Assembly (NCBI GenBank): GCA_964457475.1
Contig: CAYWEK010000001.1
Span: 1 to 52,224, forward strand
Source of the DNA: Candidatus Woesearchaeota archaeon
GTDB taxonomy: Archaea; Nanobdellota; Nanobdellia; Pacearchaeales; GW2011-AR1
DNA length: 52,224 bases
Direction of reading: 5' to 3'
How positions within the stretch are numbered: the first letter of the stretch is position 1; every line of letters starts with the position of its first letter. The notes below the pieces were generated by a model, which was not told the DNA's origin, did no database searches, and saw nothing but the letters and a program-made list of their open reading frames with translations. Below, one piece after another: positions 51,345 to 52,224 of the stretch. Both the position numbers and the translations under genes were made by a program.

Positions 51345-51773
51345 TTATATTTTCCGCGGATTCAATCCTGATAAAATATTAAAAATTTCAACATCTCCTT
51401 CTCTACCATTGGTAAATTCCCAATCTTTTATATCGGCTTCATACTCTACAGAATTATCTTTTTTTACATTATATCTTAATTCTATTCCTTTTCCTTTTTC
51501 ATTTGAAAATTTTTCTAAATTTCCAATGTTGTCAAAAGCAATTACTGCTTTACTATCTTCTCTGATTTTAAAATAAGATATTGTGAACTTTCCTGCCAGT
51601 TCTGGAGAAGAATATTTTTTATATATCTCTGAAATGCTACACTCTATATCTAAATCTTCAGGTATTAAGTTTCCTCTGAATCTACTGCTTCTGTTATTTT
51701 TTAAATCACTTAAAATTGCTCTAAAAACAATTTCATTTTTGACTGCACAATCCAAATATTCTTGTCTATACAT
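51345..51773 (-). CDS. Hypothetical protein (142 aa)
   Basis: Clean ORF, no family recognised. Confidence 0.45.
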   Translation of the reverse strand: MYRQEYLDCAVKNEIVFRAILSDLKNNRSSRFRGNLIPEDLDIECSISEIYKKYSSPELAGKFTISYFKIREDSKAVIAFDNIGNLEKFSNEKGKGIELRYNVKKDNSVEYEADIKDWEFTNGREGDVEIFNILSGLNPRKI

Positions 51774-51884
51774 AAAAAAATAGTTAGATCATAGATTATA
51801 AAGATTGTTGTCTTAAAATTTGAATAGAATCCTAAAAATATCAAATAAAACAAGCAGGAAGGTAAGGAAATTTGTCAGAAAATT

Positions 51885-52224
51885 ATTATTTATTGAGGCT
51901 ATTAGTAGTTGCATGCTAAAACTCTCGGGTTCTTGAGTCTTACACACCAACTCTATCAACGTCATCTTCTTTGACGGCCTTTATTGTCTCGTCTTGCGGA
52001 GGGCTTCGCACTTAGATGCTTTCAGTGCTTATCCCCTGGTGCGTGGCTGCCCGGCCTGCTCATAACAACCGGTAGACTAGAGGCACCAGAGTACCGTTCC
52101 TCTCGTACTAGATACTCTTTCCACTCAGACAATTACGCTCCTTGTAGATATTATACAAACTGTCTCGCGACGTTCTTAACCCAGCTAACGATCCCTTTTA
52201 ATGCGTGAACTCCGACACCCTTGG
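51885..52224 (-). rRNA. rrl: 23S rRNA, 3'-terminal ~340 nt (partial, continues past the window end)
   Basis: Reverse complements of universal 23S elements are present: the sarcin-ricin loop CTAGTACGAGAGGAAC (plus strand gttcctctcgtactag), AGCTGGGTTAAGAACGTCGCGAGAC, GCACTGAAAGCATCTAAG and CGTTGATAG..GGTGTGTAAG. The 3' end position is approximate. Confidence 0.9.

Noticed and set aside
51984-52208. 74-aa plus-strand ORF
   Set aside because: It lies entirely inside the 23S rRNA gene.

Overview
This is an AT-rich, very gene-dense archaeal chromosome segment. Archaeal markers are ribosomal proteins uS10, eS19, eL39 and eL31, Cbf5, Hjc, archaeal-type PheRS, an RNase P RNA plus an Rpp30-like protein, and the 3' end of a 23S rRNA at the right edge. 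The small genes, 1-20 nt gene overlaps and gene content suggest a reduced, DPANN-like archaeon, but that assignment is inference. Housekeeping content includes four tRNAs (Ser-CGA, Ser-GGA, Trp-CCA, Phe-GAA), serS, pheS/pheT, a class II lysS, a thyA-folA-tmk operon, pyrH, AMP phosphorylase, ogg, an AlkD-like protein, TrmY and CobO. Reading beyond the ORF track I found: (1) an RNase P RNA (minus strand, ~49130-49438) lying under two spurious ORFs; (2) several genes shorter than 60 aa, namely an RHH-like protein, a DUF1931-like histone-fold protein and small membrane proteins; (3) two GC-rich structured islands; (4) a regular TATA box centred ~25 nt upstream of many start codons, which implies leaderless transcripts. 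The stand-out region is 27.06-37.22 kb, a ~10 kb plus-strand cluster encoding a duplicated surface module that I cannot assign to any family. Each module has a pilin-like protein (class III signal peptide), an extremely cysteine-rich ectodomain, and a Gly/Ala-rich membrane block followed by four Cys-braced beta-sandwich-like repeats. In copy 1 the last two parts are fused in one 1292-aa protein. In copy 2 they are separate 520-aa and 730-aa genes with a lipoprotein gene between them. The cluster is headed by a 58-aa RHH-like gene whose promoter carries palindromic ATACGTAT sites. I propose it as a candidate cell-surface or host-contact apparatus; the function is hypothesis only. No CRISPR array, transposase or integrase was seen.
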